56,644 bases of DNA from NCBI GenBank assembly GCA_032718475.1, contig JAUCBJ010006940.1, positions 1 to 56,644 of the forward strand, in the 5' to 3' direction. Source of the stretch: Nemertoderma westbladi. Its lineage: Eukaryota > Animalia > Xenacoelomorpha. Positions 38,154 through 50,265 of this stretch are shown here, in pieces; the stretch's first letter is position 1; each line of letters begins with the position of its first letter. A model generated the notes under the pieces. It saw only the letters and a program-made list of their open reading frames with translations. It was not told where the DNA came from and searched no databases. The position numbers and the translations under genes are program-made.

Positions 38154-38612
38154 CTACTGAAAGGGATCCCGATGAATCCACTCCCTAACTAACACGCCTT
38201 CCGGCCAGAGATTAAGGTTGTCCTGAGATTTCAGGGAAAGAGCAACTTCCTCGGAGCAACTAACATTGAAAGAGGCGTAATCATCAAACTTGGTAGCAAT
38301 TTTGTCACAGGTGACATCAACATTAAAATTACCTTTAACATGAGTAACCAGGTCGTCAGTAGAAGTAACCGGAGCAAGACGGGTAACAAATATCTTTGGT
38401 TTAGACTTGGACGGCACACCCCTCAGGGAGTAGGAGGAAGAGGTCCCAGTGCCCACAACCGGATTACCCCGGTTGCGTTGACGGGGAGGGGGCCTCAAAC
38501 CCGAAGAACCAGAAATAGGGCGCCCTTTTGGACCGACATCGATAAAAGGAGACTCCTCGCGGACAATGACAACATCGGAATCACCGGAGACACCAGACTC
38601 AACACCAGACAA
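38154..38612 (-). pseudogene. LINE ORF1 C-terminal RRM-like part (5' truncated)
   Basis: IFVTRL, YASFNV, WPEGVLVREW motifs immediately upstream of ORF2. Confidence 0.8.
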
Positions 38613-38615
38613 CAG

Positions 38616-40122
38616 TGAGCATTAAAATACCTGAGTGTTTAAAGCTCATCTATCCCATCATAGTAGACATGTACCGTACAACAAGAGTCCCACAAGAAAT
38701 GAAAACAAATAAGTTGGTGCCAGTTCCCAAGAAGGGCAACCTAACACTCTATGGTTCTTTTCGGGGAATCTCATTGATCTCGATTGCTGCAAAGCTATAC
38801 AATAGGATTCTATTAAATCGCATCAGGGATCCCATTGAGAGACTGCTCCGTGAAATCAGAATGGGTTCCGTAAAGGTCGTGGGACCATGGAGCCCATTTT
38901 GGCACTTAGAAGGATAATTGAAGAATTATCAAAAAAGAAAGACAGGCATCTGGCTGTTATCTTTGTTGACTTCTTCAAGGCCTTTGATTCAGTCTCTCGC
39001 TCACGTATGTTCAGCATACTTTCATTATATGGGATTCCTGATGAAATTATTGCAGCAATCAGATCAGTATACGATGGTTCGACAACATTTGTGTCTACTG
39101 TTGACGGTGACACAGAACCATTTGAAGTGTTATGGGGCGTCCTCCAAGGAGACACACTTGCACCATTCTTGTTCATTATTGTGGTTGACTATGTTCTACG
39201 CATGTCCGTAGATCATCATAATGATGATGGGGTGATGATAACTCCACCTACTGGCTCCAGAAGTCGAGGAAATCCTGCCAAGTACCTAACTGATCTAGAC
39301 TTTGCTGATGACTTAGGAGTACTCTCAGAATCATTAGAGGGAGCCCAACGGCTCCTCAGCTCATTAGAACATGCTGCTTCTAGTGTTGGTCTTTTTATTA
39401 ACTCCAGAAAGACCAAAATTCTGACAGTTAACTTTGAAAGTCCTCAGCAAGTCTCTGATCGGATGAGCATAAGCTCAAAGGATGGTATGCTTGAGCATGT
39501 GGACGACTTCTGTTACCTGGGATCATGGATCCGGAAGTCAGGTGAGGACCTTCGAATACGTAAGGGAAAGGCATGGGCAGCCTTGAATAGGCTTTCCAGG
39601 ATTTGGAAGTCACCGAGAATTAATCGGAAACTTAAGGTCCGATTATTTAGAGCAGCAGTAGTTCCAGTACTCCTCTACGGGAGTCCATGCTGGGCTCTAA
39701 CTGCTGAGGACACCAAATCTCTGGATGGCACATTCACAAGAATGCTACGCCGGGTTCATTGTGTCAAGTACAATGCACACATCTCCAACCAGACACTATA
39801 TAACATTGGAGGTGTCTCATTGGTTCCCCCAAGCTTGACACTAGAACAAAATCGCCTCCGCTTTGCAGGACATTGCTTTCGCCGTGAGGACCAGCCAGTG
39901 CATAATCTTGTACTTTGGCAGCCTCATGGAGTGAATAAGCATGGTGGACAGCCCATGACTTTCTTGAGACGCATCTTAATGGACACTGGCCTTAAAGATG
40001 CGGATGATCTAGCAAATGTCATGGGTGATAGGGAGTTGTGGCGGTGCAATTTTGTTGACAAGCCGGCACAGCATTCTTAAAAATGCAGCTGCAATGCAGC
40101 ATGCCGATCCTAGTAGTAGTAG
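38616..40122 (+). mobile_element. RTE-clade LINE, 5' truncated, (TAG)n tail
   Basis: PKKG, FRGISL, VDFFKAFDS, GVLQGDTLAPFLF, FADD, RLRFAGHC; short 3' UTR then TAGTAGTAGTAG. Confidence 0.92.
38887..40080 (+). CDS. RTE reverse transcriptase (partial; upstream piece 38615-38860 in another frame)
   Basis: RT motifs as above; frameshift near 38855. Confidence 0.9.
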   Translation: MEPILALRRIIEELSKKKDRHLAVIFVDFFKAFDSVSRSRMFSILSLYGIPDEIIAAIRSVYDGSTTFVSTVDGDTEPFEVLWGVLQGDTLAPFLFIIVVDYVLRMSVDHHNDDGVMITPPTGSRSRGNPAKYLTDLDFADDLGVLSESLEGAQRLLSSLEHAASSVGLFINSRKTKILTVNFESPQQVSDRMSISSKDGMLEHVDDFCYLGSWIRKSGEDLRIRKGKAWAALNRLSRIWKSPRINRKLKVRLFRAAVVPVLLYGSPCWALTAEDTKSLDGTFTRMLRRVHCVKYNAHISNQTLYNIGGVSLVPPSLTLEQNRLRFAGHCFRREDQPVHNLVLWQPHGVNKHGGQPMTFLRRILMDTGLKDADDLANVMGDRELWRCNFVDKPAQHS

Positions 40123-41165
40123 TGAACGACGAGCTCTATGGTACTATACCACCTGTATCAACCACCCTCCGTGAACGCCGAGCTCTATGGTACTATACCA
40201 CCTGCTGTACCAACCACCCTCCGTGAACGCCGAGCTCTATGGTACTATACCACCTGTATCAACCACCCTCCGTGAACGCCGAGCTCTATGGTACTATACC
40301 ACCTGTATCAACCGCCCTCCGTGAACGCCGAGCTCTATCGTACTATACCTCCTGTTTCAACCACCCTCCATGAACGCCAAGCTCTATGGTACTATACCAC
40401 CTGTATCAACCACCCTCCGTGAACGCCGAGCTCTATAGTACTATACCACCTGTATCAACCACCCTCCTTGAACGCCGAGCTCTATGGTACTATACCACCT
40501 GTATCAACCACCCTCCGTGAACGCCGAGCTCTATGGTACTATACCACCTGTATCAACCACCCTCCGTGAACACCGAGCTCTATGGTACTATACCACCTGT
40601 ATCAACCACCCTTCGTGAACGCCGAGCTCTATGGTACTATACCACCTGTATCAACCACCCTCCGTGAACACCGAGCTCTATGGTACTATACCACCTGTAT
40701 CAACCACCCTCCGTGAACGCAGATCTCTATGGTACTATACCACCTGTATCAACCACCCTCCGTGAACGCCGAGCTCTATGGTACTATAACACCTGTATCA
40801 ACCACCCTCCGTGAACGCCGAGCTCTATAGTACTATACCATCTGTATCAACCACCCTCCGTGAACGCCGAGCTCTATGGTACTATACCACCTGTATCAAC
40901 CACCCTCCGTGAACGCCGAGCTCTATGGTACTATACCACCTGTATCAACCACCCTCCGTGAACACCGAGCTCTATGGTACTATACCACCTGTATCAACCA
41001 CCCTCCGTGAACGCCGAGCTCTATGGTACTATACCACCTGTATCAACCACCCTCCGTGAACGCCGAGCTCTATGGTACTATACCACCTTTATCAACCACC
41101 CTCCGTGAACGCAGATCTCTATGGTACTATACCACCTGTATCAACCACCCTCCGTGAACGCCGAG
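40122..41165. repeat. 49-bp satellite, about 21 copies (right block of the same array)
   Basis: Same unit and orientation as 20472-23131. Confidence 0.98.
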
Positions 41166-41332
41166 TCAACACACCAGTCGGGATTCCCTCGCCAACTCGG
41201 GGGACCCGTCGCAAGATATATAAATCGTATTAGCAATACTTAATTAAGAAGCAATTAATAGTCAATCAAATAATATAGACTATTTGTTGGAATTTGTAAA
41301 ATATCATCACATTTTGTTAATTTACCACTCAC

Positions 41333-42628
41333 CGAAAATAGGAAGTCCCACACCCGTGTTCTGAGTTTGGTCGGTTCACATATCGTGGATTCGAGTTTGG
41401 TTGGTTCACATATCGTGGTTCACAGTTTGGTTGGTTCACATATCGTGGTTCAGAGTTTGGTTGGTTCACATATCGTGGTAGTTCAGAGTTTGGTTGGTTC
41501 ACATATCGTGGCTCCGAGTTTGGTTGGTTCACATATCGTGGGTCAGAGTTTGGTTGGTTCACATATCGTGGATTCGAGTTTGGTTGGTTCACATATCGTG
41601 GATTCGAGTTTGGTTGGTTCACATATCGTGGTTCAGAGTTTGGTTGGTTCACATATCGTGGATCAGAGTTTGGTTGGTTCACATATCGTGGTTCAGAGTT
41701 TGGTTGGTTCACATATCGTGGATCAGAGTTTGGTTGGTTCACATATCGTGGATCAGAGTTTGGTTGGTTCACATATCGTGGTTAAGAGTTTGGTTGGTTC
41801 ACATATCGTGGTTCAGAGTTTGGTTGGTTCACATATCGTGGTTCAGAGTTTGGTTGGTTCACATATCGTGGTTCAGAGTTTGGTTGGTTCACATATCGTG
41901 AATCAGAGTTTGGTTGGTTCACATATCGTGGGTCAGAGATTGGTTGGTTCACATATCGTGGTTCAGAGTTTGGTTGGTTCACATATCGTGGATTCGAGTT
42001 TGGTTGGTTCACATATCGTGGATCAGAGTTTGGTTGGTTCACATATCGTTGTTCAGAGTTTGGTTGGTTCACATATCGTGGATTCGAGTTTGGTTGGTTC
42101 ACATATCGTGGTTCAGAGTTTGGTTGGTTCTCATATCGTGGTTCAGAGTTTGGTTGGTTCACATATCGTGGTTCAGAGTTTGGTTGGTTCACATATCGTG
42201 GTTCAGAGTTTGGTTGGTTCACATATCGTGGATTCGAGTTTGGTTGGTTCACATATCGTGGTTCAGAGTTTGGTTGGTTCTCATATCGTGGTTCAGAGTT
42301 TGGTTGGTTCACATATCGTGGTTCAGAGTTTGGTTGGTTCACATATCGTGGTTCAGAGTATGGTTGGTTCTCATATCGTGGTTCAGAGTTTCATTGGTTC
42401 ACATATCGTGGTTCAGAGTTTGTTTGGTTCTCATATCGTGGCTCAGAGTTTGGTTGGTTCTCATATCGTGGTTCAGAGTTTCATTGGTTCACATATCGTG
42501 GATTCGAGTTTGGTTGGTTCACATATCGTGGTTCAGAGTTTGGTTGGTTCTCATATCGTGGTTCAGAGTTTGGTTGGTTCTCATATTGTGGTTTAGATTT
42601 TGGCTGATTCCCACATCGTTCACATATC
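41333..42628 (-). other. Candidate exon encoding (YVNQPNSEPR)n, with one in-frame TAA at 41784-41782
   Basis: Acceptor TATAG at 42629 and donor CG|GTGAGT at 41332; 1296 nt, phase 2-2; the only indel is 3 nt. Confidence 0.35.
41360..42600. repeat. 30-bp minisatellite, about 41 copies
   Basis: Unit TGGTTGGTTCACATATCGTGGTTCAGAGTT. Confidence 0.98.
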
Positions 42629-42913
42629 CTATATAATTATCAGCTTATGAGGTTTTGCTGGAATATATTCGACTATATTTAGTAGATTTCGGTAGTTGAA
42701 TTCGGAAATGATTCACGGTGTTTTACCTATTAGAACAATAATTTAATAATTTTAATTTAAAAATAAAGTTACAATGAAGTTTGTACAAAATAAAATAAAG
42801 TTACAATGACAATGACGATGAGATGGACTGATCTGATTAGAAAATAATTTGTAATATAAAATCAATTTAATAACCTTATAATATATTATATTTACAGTCC
42901 ACTATACTATTTC

Positions 42914-45900
42914 CTAACTGTCTTTATGTTTTTTTCTAGTTAGTAATTTAACTAAGTGGCTCTGGTTAGTTTTATTCAATAATTCACAGAATACAATAAA
43001 GTCATCATAAGGTCTCCTTTTAATGGCTTCTATTAGTTCGCTGTTCCTTTGTAAACCAGTCGGCTGATATTTGATCTGCTCAATAAGATTTTCAGTAAGA
43101 ATATTTCTACTTCTCAATAGCGGTAACAATTCACTCAGCTCCATGTTATAAACCAGTTCAACTTTATTCCTCATAAGAATATTTTCAAATTCTACATCAA
43201 CATTTCCTTTTATCATATCTACTAAATGTTGTTGGTTTGTTTGTGTTAAACTATCCATAAATACTTTCATAATGAACTCTGATTTCCCTTTCAGAGATTC
43301 TATAATGGCTCGGCTCTTTAGTATTTTCGTTTCTCGTGTTTCTATAAACTGAATCTGATCATTGTTTAGTATAAAACTTTTTTCGATATATAGTAATAAC
43401 TCAGTTGGTTCAAGTTTTTCTTCAAATTTTATTGTTTCAACTTTTAAATATTCCTGATCCTTCGATTTAACTAAAAACCAAGTTTTATATTCCTGAGTTT
43501 CTATACTTGCATTATTCTCACAGGTAATTATTGGTTTACTCAAACAATCTGATAGTAGAATAAAGTGGATACATGATTCATTGTGGCATTTATATAGACC
43601 ATGCCTTTCACATTTATATGAACAAGGACATGTTACTTTCAATTGAAAATCAACAATATTGTTCATTTTTCCAGCTGATATAAGTTCTCCCAAGCTGTCA
43701 ACAATGTAATCTTTTACTCTGTTTGCAAAATCAGAATCTGGAGGACTTATAATATTTTCGGTGCTATCAATATTATCTTTAGGTTTCATAAGAACTTTTC
43801 TTACAATTTGAACTTTTATTCTTGAAAAATGCCTTGGAGACACATATAGAATTATATCGTGATCAACATCACAGTATATAACTACAGACCGGTAGTAAAG
43901 AGTTGGTTCAGATTTAATATCTCCAATGAGATACGACCATTCTATAAGGCGTTTTACTAGTCGATAAAATAGACCCTCAGGTAAAAAACCATTAAAAGCA
44001 ATAAAAAATTCAATATCATTTGCTTTAATAGGGTAAATAGGCTGATTGGCATTTTTAAGTCTACAAGGTACATAATATGATTTATTCATTTTTGACTTTT
44101 TTAACAATGGTTCTGATTCGTCTCCATTACCTGGCACAGTTTCTCCTATTCTTTCACATATTAAATCAAAACGCTCTAGGATTTTTAACATAAAATTTTT
44201 TTTGAGTCCCATATTACCCCAGATATCGTCCAGTAAATCCCAGTGCAATACACCCTTGTCATCCAAATCCTCAAAATATTTCAAATTTTTCCAATTTATA
44301 TGTTCTTTGACTGTAATAATACTGGCAAACATTGAACTTAACCACTCTGGTTTCAATATAATTGTATCACGCAACGATTCTTCATCAAAATAGATAATTC
44401 TACCTCTATCATGGTAAAATTCTAACATTGTCTTTAAACCGGGGTATTCAAATTCTACTTTTATTTCCTTTAACTTACATTCTAAATCTATAATATCAAT
44501 ATAAACGTCATTATTTTTAAGTAATTGAGTTACAAGTTTTTCAAATTTTAAATAATCCAAAGGAATTTCTTCCTTAAATTTGTCCATTTCTTTAACAATT
44601 TCTAACTGTAAGTTTTGAAGTTCTTCATCTGAATCTGATCTTGCCTCTTTGCTATTTTCCACAGCAAATGCTTCTTTAACTAAAATATTGCAATGCAATG
44701 TGGACTTTAATAGTTGGAAAATTTCCTTAAACTTTTTACGAGCTAAAATGTTCTGAGTTTCTGGATCTTCATGCAAACTGGCTTTCTTTGTTCCAACTAA
44801 GAATACTGGAGGACCAGAAATGTTTGCGGCACTTTCTGAATTATTTTCACCAAATGTAAATATATTGCGCAACCAAAAATCAATAAATTCTATATTAGTC
44901 ATCTCGCTATATATCTTATTTATATTCTCTTCATCGGCTCTGAATATAATGTTGGCTGTTTTATCAGCATCTTGGGTAAGATCAAAAACAACTATATAAA
45001 TAGCCCGTCTACTTAGAAACATCTGATGGGTTGTATAATAAATACATTGGCCACCAAAATCGACTATCTGTAGTGAAAAGCGACTGTCTTCCTCATTAAA
45101 TTTAGCCAGAATATCTTGAGGTTTACCAGATAACAATATATCCTCTATACCTTTTGAGACTTCTGCAGGGATATCATATTTATTGTCCTCAAATATTGAT
45201 TCATGTGGCGTTACGACTTTTCCGCTATCAGATATATTTCCTCTTTCGCTATCTACTGAAATATCTTCTCTAATTTCCTTGCTGCGTTCTATTTTAACAG
45301 GCTTATCATAAGAACTGGTTCTATTATTCATGTCTCTATCGCTATTTTCACCAGATATTACTGATAAAGTTGACTGGATGCCATCAGTGTATATTTTTTC
45401 ACTGTCCACATTAGAAGCATCTTCTTGAACTTTGAATTCTAGAACACTTTTTGCAACTTTCTTTGCAACAGCATTGTCTGGATCAGCCTCTAAAATATCA
45501 ACATTCTTTAAATTAGTCCAGTCTGTGTGTTTATCAGTATCTATAACACAATTAGCCACTGAATCAATACCATCTGTTATTGGTTCATTAATATCAAACG
45601 GTTGACCAATAAGGGCCTTCTTCAAACTAGTTTTACCAGCCCTCTCTTGTCCCACTAACATTAACCGGGTTTTCAATATCCATGTAGTCCCTTTAGAAAG
45701 AGCTGCTTTATAAGCAGCCAATGCTTCTGGCCCTCTCGCCAGTATCTCTACAGGCAGTTTTTGTTTTTTTATATAATTAATTAAAAATTTTGGAAGTCTC
45801 ATTCTATTTGTTCCACTTATATTCATAATCATAAGTCCCATGTCTCTGAATTTATTAACAATTTCTATTGTTGAAACTTCATTTAAACCCCAAATACTAA

Positions 45901-46176
45901 CCAGTTTCTGGGTTGTTAACTCAGAAATATCTGCATCCAGTCTAAAGTAAAGTTCTTTCTCTTTATCTGAAAGAACATCAACAGTAGATATAATTATATT
46001 AGTTATCTTACCCTGGAGTGGTTTATTTATGGGACCAACCCATCCAATATACTCAACAATTTCCTTTAATTCTTCAGCTTTCTCCAATATACTTTCCACC
46101 TGTTTGATACTTTTCTTTCTTTCAGTTTGATCTTTACTGAACGTATCAATTACTGTAATTGTGCCGCCATCATCTC
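42914..46176 (-). CDS. Roco-family protein, large 3' exon: end of WD40, winged-helix, Roc GTPase, COR, two CARD-like death folds
   Basis: P-loop GQERAGKTS, TDGI, DFGGQ..YYTTHQMFLS..AIYIVVFD, PPVFLVGT, COR L.FYHDRG.IIYF...IL.PEWL, YYVPC; two C-terminal L..L....IL.......I...TNQ.HLV repeats; acceptor TTTATACAG|GA. Confidence 0.9.
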
Positions 46177-46498
46177 CTGTATAAAGTATAATTATTGTTA
46201 AGCTGTCTTTCCACAGAGTTGACATCCAATATTACGATGAAAGAAACTGGGTGGGAGCAAGTTAAATTTTATTAATCAAATTACAAATATAATTATAAAT
46301 ATAATTCGTTAGGGTCTCCAATATGCACCTACGGTCCCTATACGTTTCCCTGCCTATGTCTTCTGTTTTTTGGTTACAACATTTATTCTGTTTTTGGTGC
46401 AATTTTCAACAGATATAAAGTCGTACATTACGTTAGTCAATTCTGCAATTTATATTAGAATCCTATGCAATGTCTTGCAATGCATTGCAATGTCCTGC

Positions 46499-46820
46499 AA
46501 TATAAACAACTACCCGCGATACTATATACTATTAATATAAACAACTACCCGCGATACTGTATACTGTTAATATAAACAACTACCCGCGATACTGTATACT
46601 GTTAATATAAACAACTACCTGCGATACTGTTAATATAAACAACTACCCGCGATACTGTATACTGTTAATATAAACAACTACCCGCGATACTGTATACTGT
46701 TAATATAAACAACTACCCGCGATACTGTATACTGTTAATATAAACAACTACCCGCGATACTGTATACTGTTAATATAAACAACTACCCGCGATACTGTAT
46801 ACTGTTAATATAAACAACTA
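46499..46820. repeat. 35-bp minisatellite, about 9 copies, intronic
   Basis: Unit AATATAAACAACTACCCGCGATACTGTATACTGTT. Confidence 0.95.
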
Positions 46821-47988
46821 TACTACTACTACTACTACTAGGATCGGCATGCTGCATTGCAGCTGCATTTTTAAGAATGCTGTGCCGGATTGTCAACAAA
46901 ATTGCACCGCCACAACTCCCTATCACCCATGACATTTGCTAGATCATCCACATCTTTAAGGGCAGTGTCCTTTAAGATGCGTCTCAAGAAAGTCATGGGC
47001 TGTCCACCATGCTTATTCACTCCATGAGGCTGCCAAAGTACAAGATTATGCACTGGCTGGTCCTCACGGCGAAAGCAATGTCCTGCAAAGCGGAGGCGAT
47101 TTTGTTCTAGTGTCAAGCTTGGGGGAACCAATGAGACACCTCCAATGGTATATAGTGTCTGGTTGGAGATCTGTGCATTGTACTTGACACAATGAACCCG
47201 GCGTAGCATTCTTGTGAATGTGCCATCCAGAGATTTGGTGTCCTCAGCAGTTAGAGCCCAGCATGGACTCCCGTAGAGGAGTACTGGAACTACTGCTGCT
47301 CTAAATAATCGGACCTTAAGTTTCCGATTAATTCTCGGTGACTTCCAAATCCTGGAAAGCCTATTCAAGGCTGTCCATGCCTTTCCCTTACGTATTCGAA
47401 GGTCCTCACCTGACTTCCGGATCCATGATCCCAGGTAACAGAAGTCGTCCACATGCTCAAGCATACCATCCTTTGAGCTTATGCTCATCCGATCAGAGAC
47501 TTGCTGAGGACTTTCAAAGTTAACTGTCAGAATTTTGGTCTTTCTGGAGTTAATAAAAAGACCAACACTAGAAGCAGCATGTTCTAATGAGCTGAGGAGC
47601 CGTTGGGCTCCCTCTAATGATTCTGAGAGTACTCCCAAGTCATCAGCAAAGTCTAGATCAGTTAGGTACTTGGCAGGATTTCCTCGACTTCTGGAGCCAG
47701 TAGGTGGAGTTATCATCACCCCATCATCATTATGATGATCTAAGGACATGCGTAGAACATAGTCAACCACAATAATGAACAAGAATGGTGCAAGTGTGTC
47801 TCCTTGGAGGACGCCCCATAACACTTCAAATGGTTCTGTGTCACCGTCAACAGTAGACACAAATGTTGTCGAACCATCGTATACTGATCTGATTGCTGCA
47901 ATAATTTCATCAGGAATCCCATATAATGAAAGTATGCTGAACATACGTGAGCGAGAGACTGAATCAAAGGCCTTGAAGAAGTCAACAA
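46821..47988 (-). mobile_element. Second RTE copy, 5' truncated, in the Roco intron (ORF 46871-48004)
   Basis: Near-identical to 38960-40122 in reverse; (TAG)n tail at 46821-46840. Confidence 0.95.
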
Positions 47989-49072
47989 TCGGACGAACTA
48001 CCAATTAAATTTTTTTTTACAAAGTTTAAGTTGACTCGATATGAAACTGTTTCGAAAATTTCTACAAATTTGCTCCGATTTAAAGAGGGTTGGGAAAGAA
48101 GGTTAAACTCATGCATGCAATATGTAAAATAGACGGTAATGCCTGAACTGACCATAATTACATTGGGAAACTTTTAAACGGAAACATGTAAAGCGCCACA
48201 ACGAACATTATTTATGGAGAGTGTTATAGTTTTTACTGACAGTGTTGGTGGTGGGCTTAAAATTTGAATGTAAATAATGGTAATTGGTAAATAAAATGTA
48301 TCGATTTACAGTTATATGCGGTCTTATATAATGGCTATAAACGTTGTGGAATAACACAACACTGTATCGACAATGGCCACATATTCGACGAATATAACGT
48401 GTCAGTTCTAGACTCCCATATATAGATCCAACCGATTTGGCAACTCACGAAACTATTCAAATACGAACAAATTTATATACATATATTTTTATAATAATTT
48501 ATTTTACCAGGAATAAAACGACATTAAAAATTATACTTTCTTTGATGAGTGACACTTATATACTTATATGAACTTACATTAATATTTTTCCACACTCACT
48601 GTTCTGTACACTCGTAATTTTTGAAAAAGACTCTTATTCTGCTATAAACAGTACAATAATTCCACACTTATTGTAACATGAGAAAACCTACCAAATCCAA
48701 TGATACATTTATCTGTTTGTGGGAAAGTATGTTTGTTTGTTTGTGGTGGTGGGAAATTTCAAAAAGGTCAGGGTATCATATTCTGTATCACTACCGGTCT
48801 AAATACTCAGTGTCAAGTTGTTCAAACAGTATTCCAAACCGTATGAGTAAAAAATCAGCTCCCTACTGCACGAGAATTTAACTCGCAGAAATAAGCTGTT
48901 TCCTTATTAAAAATTGTATTAGTTCAACTCAGAGCAGAGGACCCCATGTAACCGGAATTTTCAATTTTACATTTAAATTTTTACAAAAGTTTTATAAAAG
49001 TGACTTTTACGAAATTGTTGCCTCCGTTTCGTTGCCATTTTTCCCATCAATAGTGATTTATTTTTTATATAT

Positions 49073-49444
49073 TTGAAAGCTTGCATTGTGAGGATTCCAA
49101 AAATGTATTAATGTCTAAATTTCGTTGATAAACAGATGAGATATGGGCGTTCTAAGATTGCAAGAAGTATCTTTCATTATAATATACCAGTATGTATGTG
49201 TAGCTATGCATACATAAATCTAATAATATATTATAAATAGGATAAATAAATGGGATTTTTATCATAAAAATGATAAAAATAATATCACGTTTTAGAATGT
49301 TGTGTTTATATTAATTATAATAAATGACCACCAGCGAATGATAATTTATCACAATCTTTGAACGCCAGTATTATATCTCAGCTGTTTCTCAACGAAACTC
49401 AAAATATATTTATATTTGGAATCCTTACAACTCAAGCTTTCTAA
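49073..49444. repeat. About 90-bp imperfect inverted repeat pair, probably from a non-autonomous DNA transposon
   Basis: TTGAAAGCTTGCATTGTGAGGATTCCAAA...GCGTTCTAAGATTG versus CAATCTTTGAACGCC...TTTGGAATCCTTACAACTCAAGCTTTCTAA. Confidence 0.65.
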
Positions 49445-50265
49445 TAATATGTCGTTGTGGCCAATATGAGGAATGGCCGTGATGCAATGAGGGCGATATC
49501 GCAAACGTTAAACGTCTATAAATTCAAAAAAGAAAATTCTACGTAGCCCCATGTTAAATAAAGTATGATAAAGATTGTATGAAAATAAGGTGGGGTGTGG
49601 GTTAGGGATGTCCCTTCTTATCTAAAATGACAGGTGTAATATATTATTATAATAAGCCTTTGTTGTAAGTAATGGGAGTGTGTGGCAGCCTTGAAAATGA
49701 AAGTTTTTATTATACATTACCGGTTGTATTCTCTTACAGTTACTTTACTGCATTGCAGTACCGGTACGCCTATTGGTACCATTATAGTTTGGTTATTTAA
49801 GTAGAACTACCAGTTGGTTAAAACGCCATTGTTACAAACCAATAACAAACAACCTAACAGATAACTGAATACATAATATTATTAAGCTAATTGCTGGTTT
49901 ATTTGTTTATTTTTATGTTACATTTACCTGAACCAAACCGCACCTAAAACTATCCGACTACAGGGACTATGTTGTAATGGTCTATATTCTGATACCCCTA
50001 TTAGACTAATTTTAATTTCGTTCCCATGGTACCCAATATTGGCAGGAGGCAGTGAAGGTAATGTTCAGTTAATCCGCATCATATCGGTAAGTAAATTATT
50101 AATTAAATAAAATTAAATTAAAGAATAATAATTAATGTAATTAATTAATTTAAGTGTTATAATGATTATTACTTACTATGGTACATGGTACGGTACTGAA
50201 TTAGACACTAGGCCTAATTAATTAATTTAACGTGTTTTAATAAAAGAGGTCTATTAATTAATTAC

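Larger units (their letters stand above)
23132..38615 (-). mobile_element. Non-LTR retrotransposon (Proto2/RTE-X-like), 5' truncated in ORF1, interrupted by BEL element 2
   Basis: Poly(A) tail (T-run from 23132), RT, APE and ORF1 all on the minus strand; clade assignment tentative. Confidence 0.85.

Noticed and set aside
41367-42636. Plus-strand ORFs (VGSHIVVQSL)n and (VHISWFRVWL)n
   Set aside because: Open only because the 30-bp unit lacks stops; no ATG start or bracketing splice sites on that strand.
46177-46225. ATG start of the 1103-aa Roco ORF
   Set aside because: Upstream of a good acceptor whose use completes a WD repeat; probably intronic.
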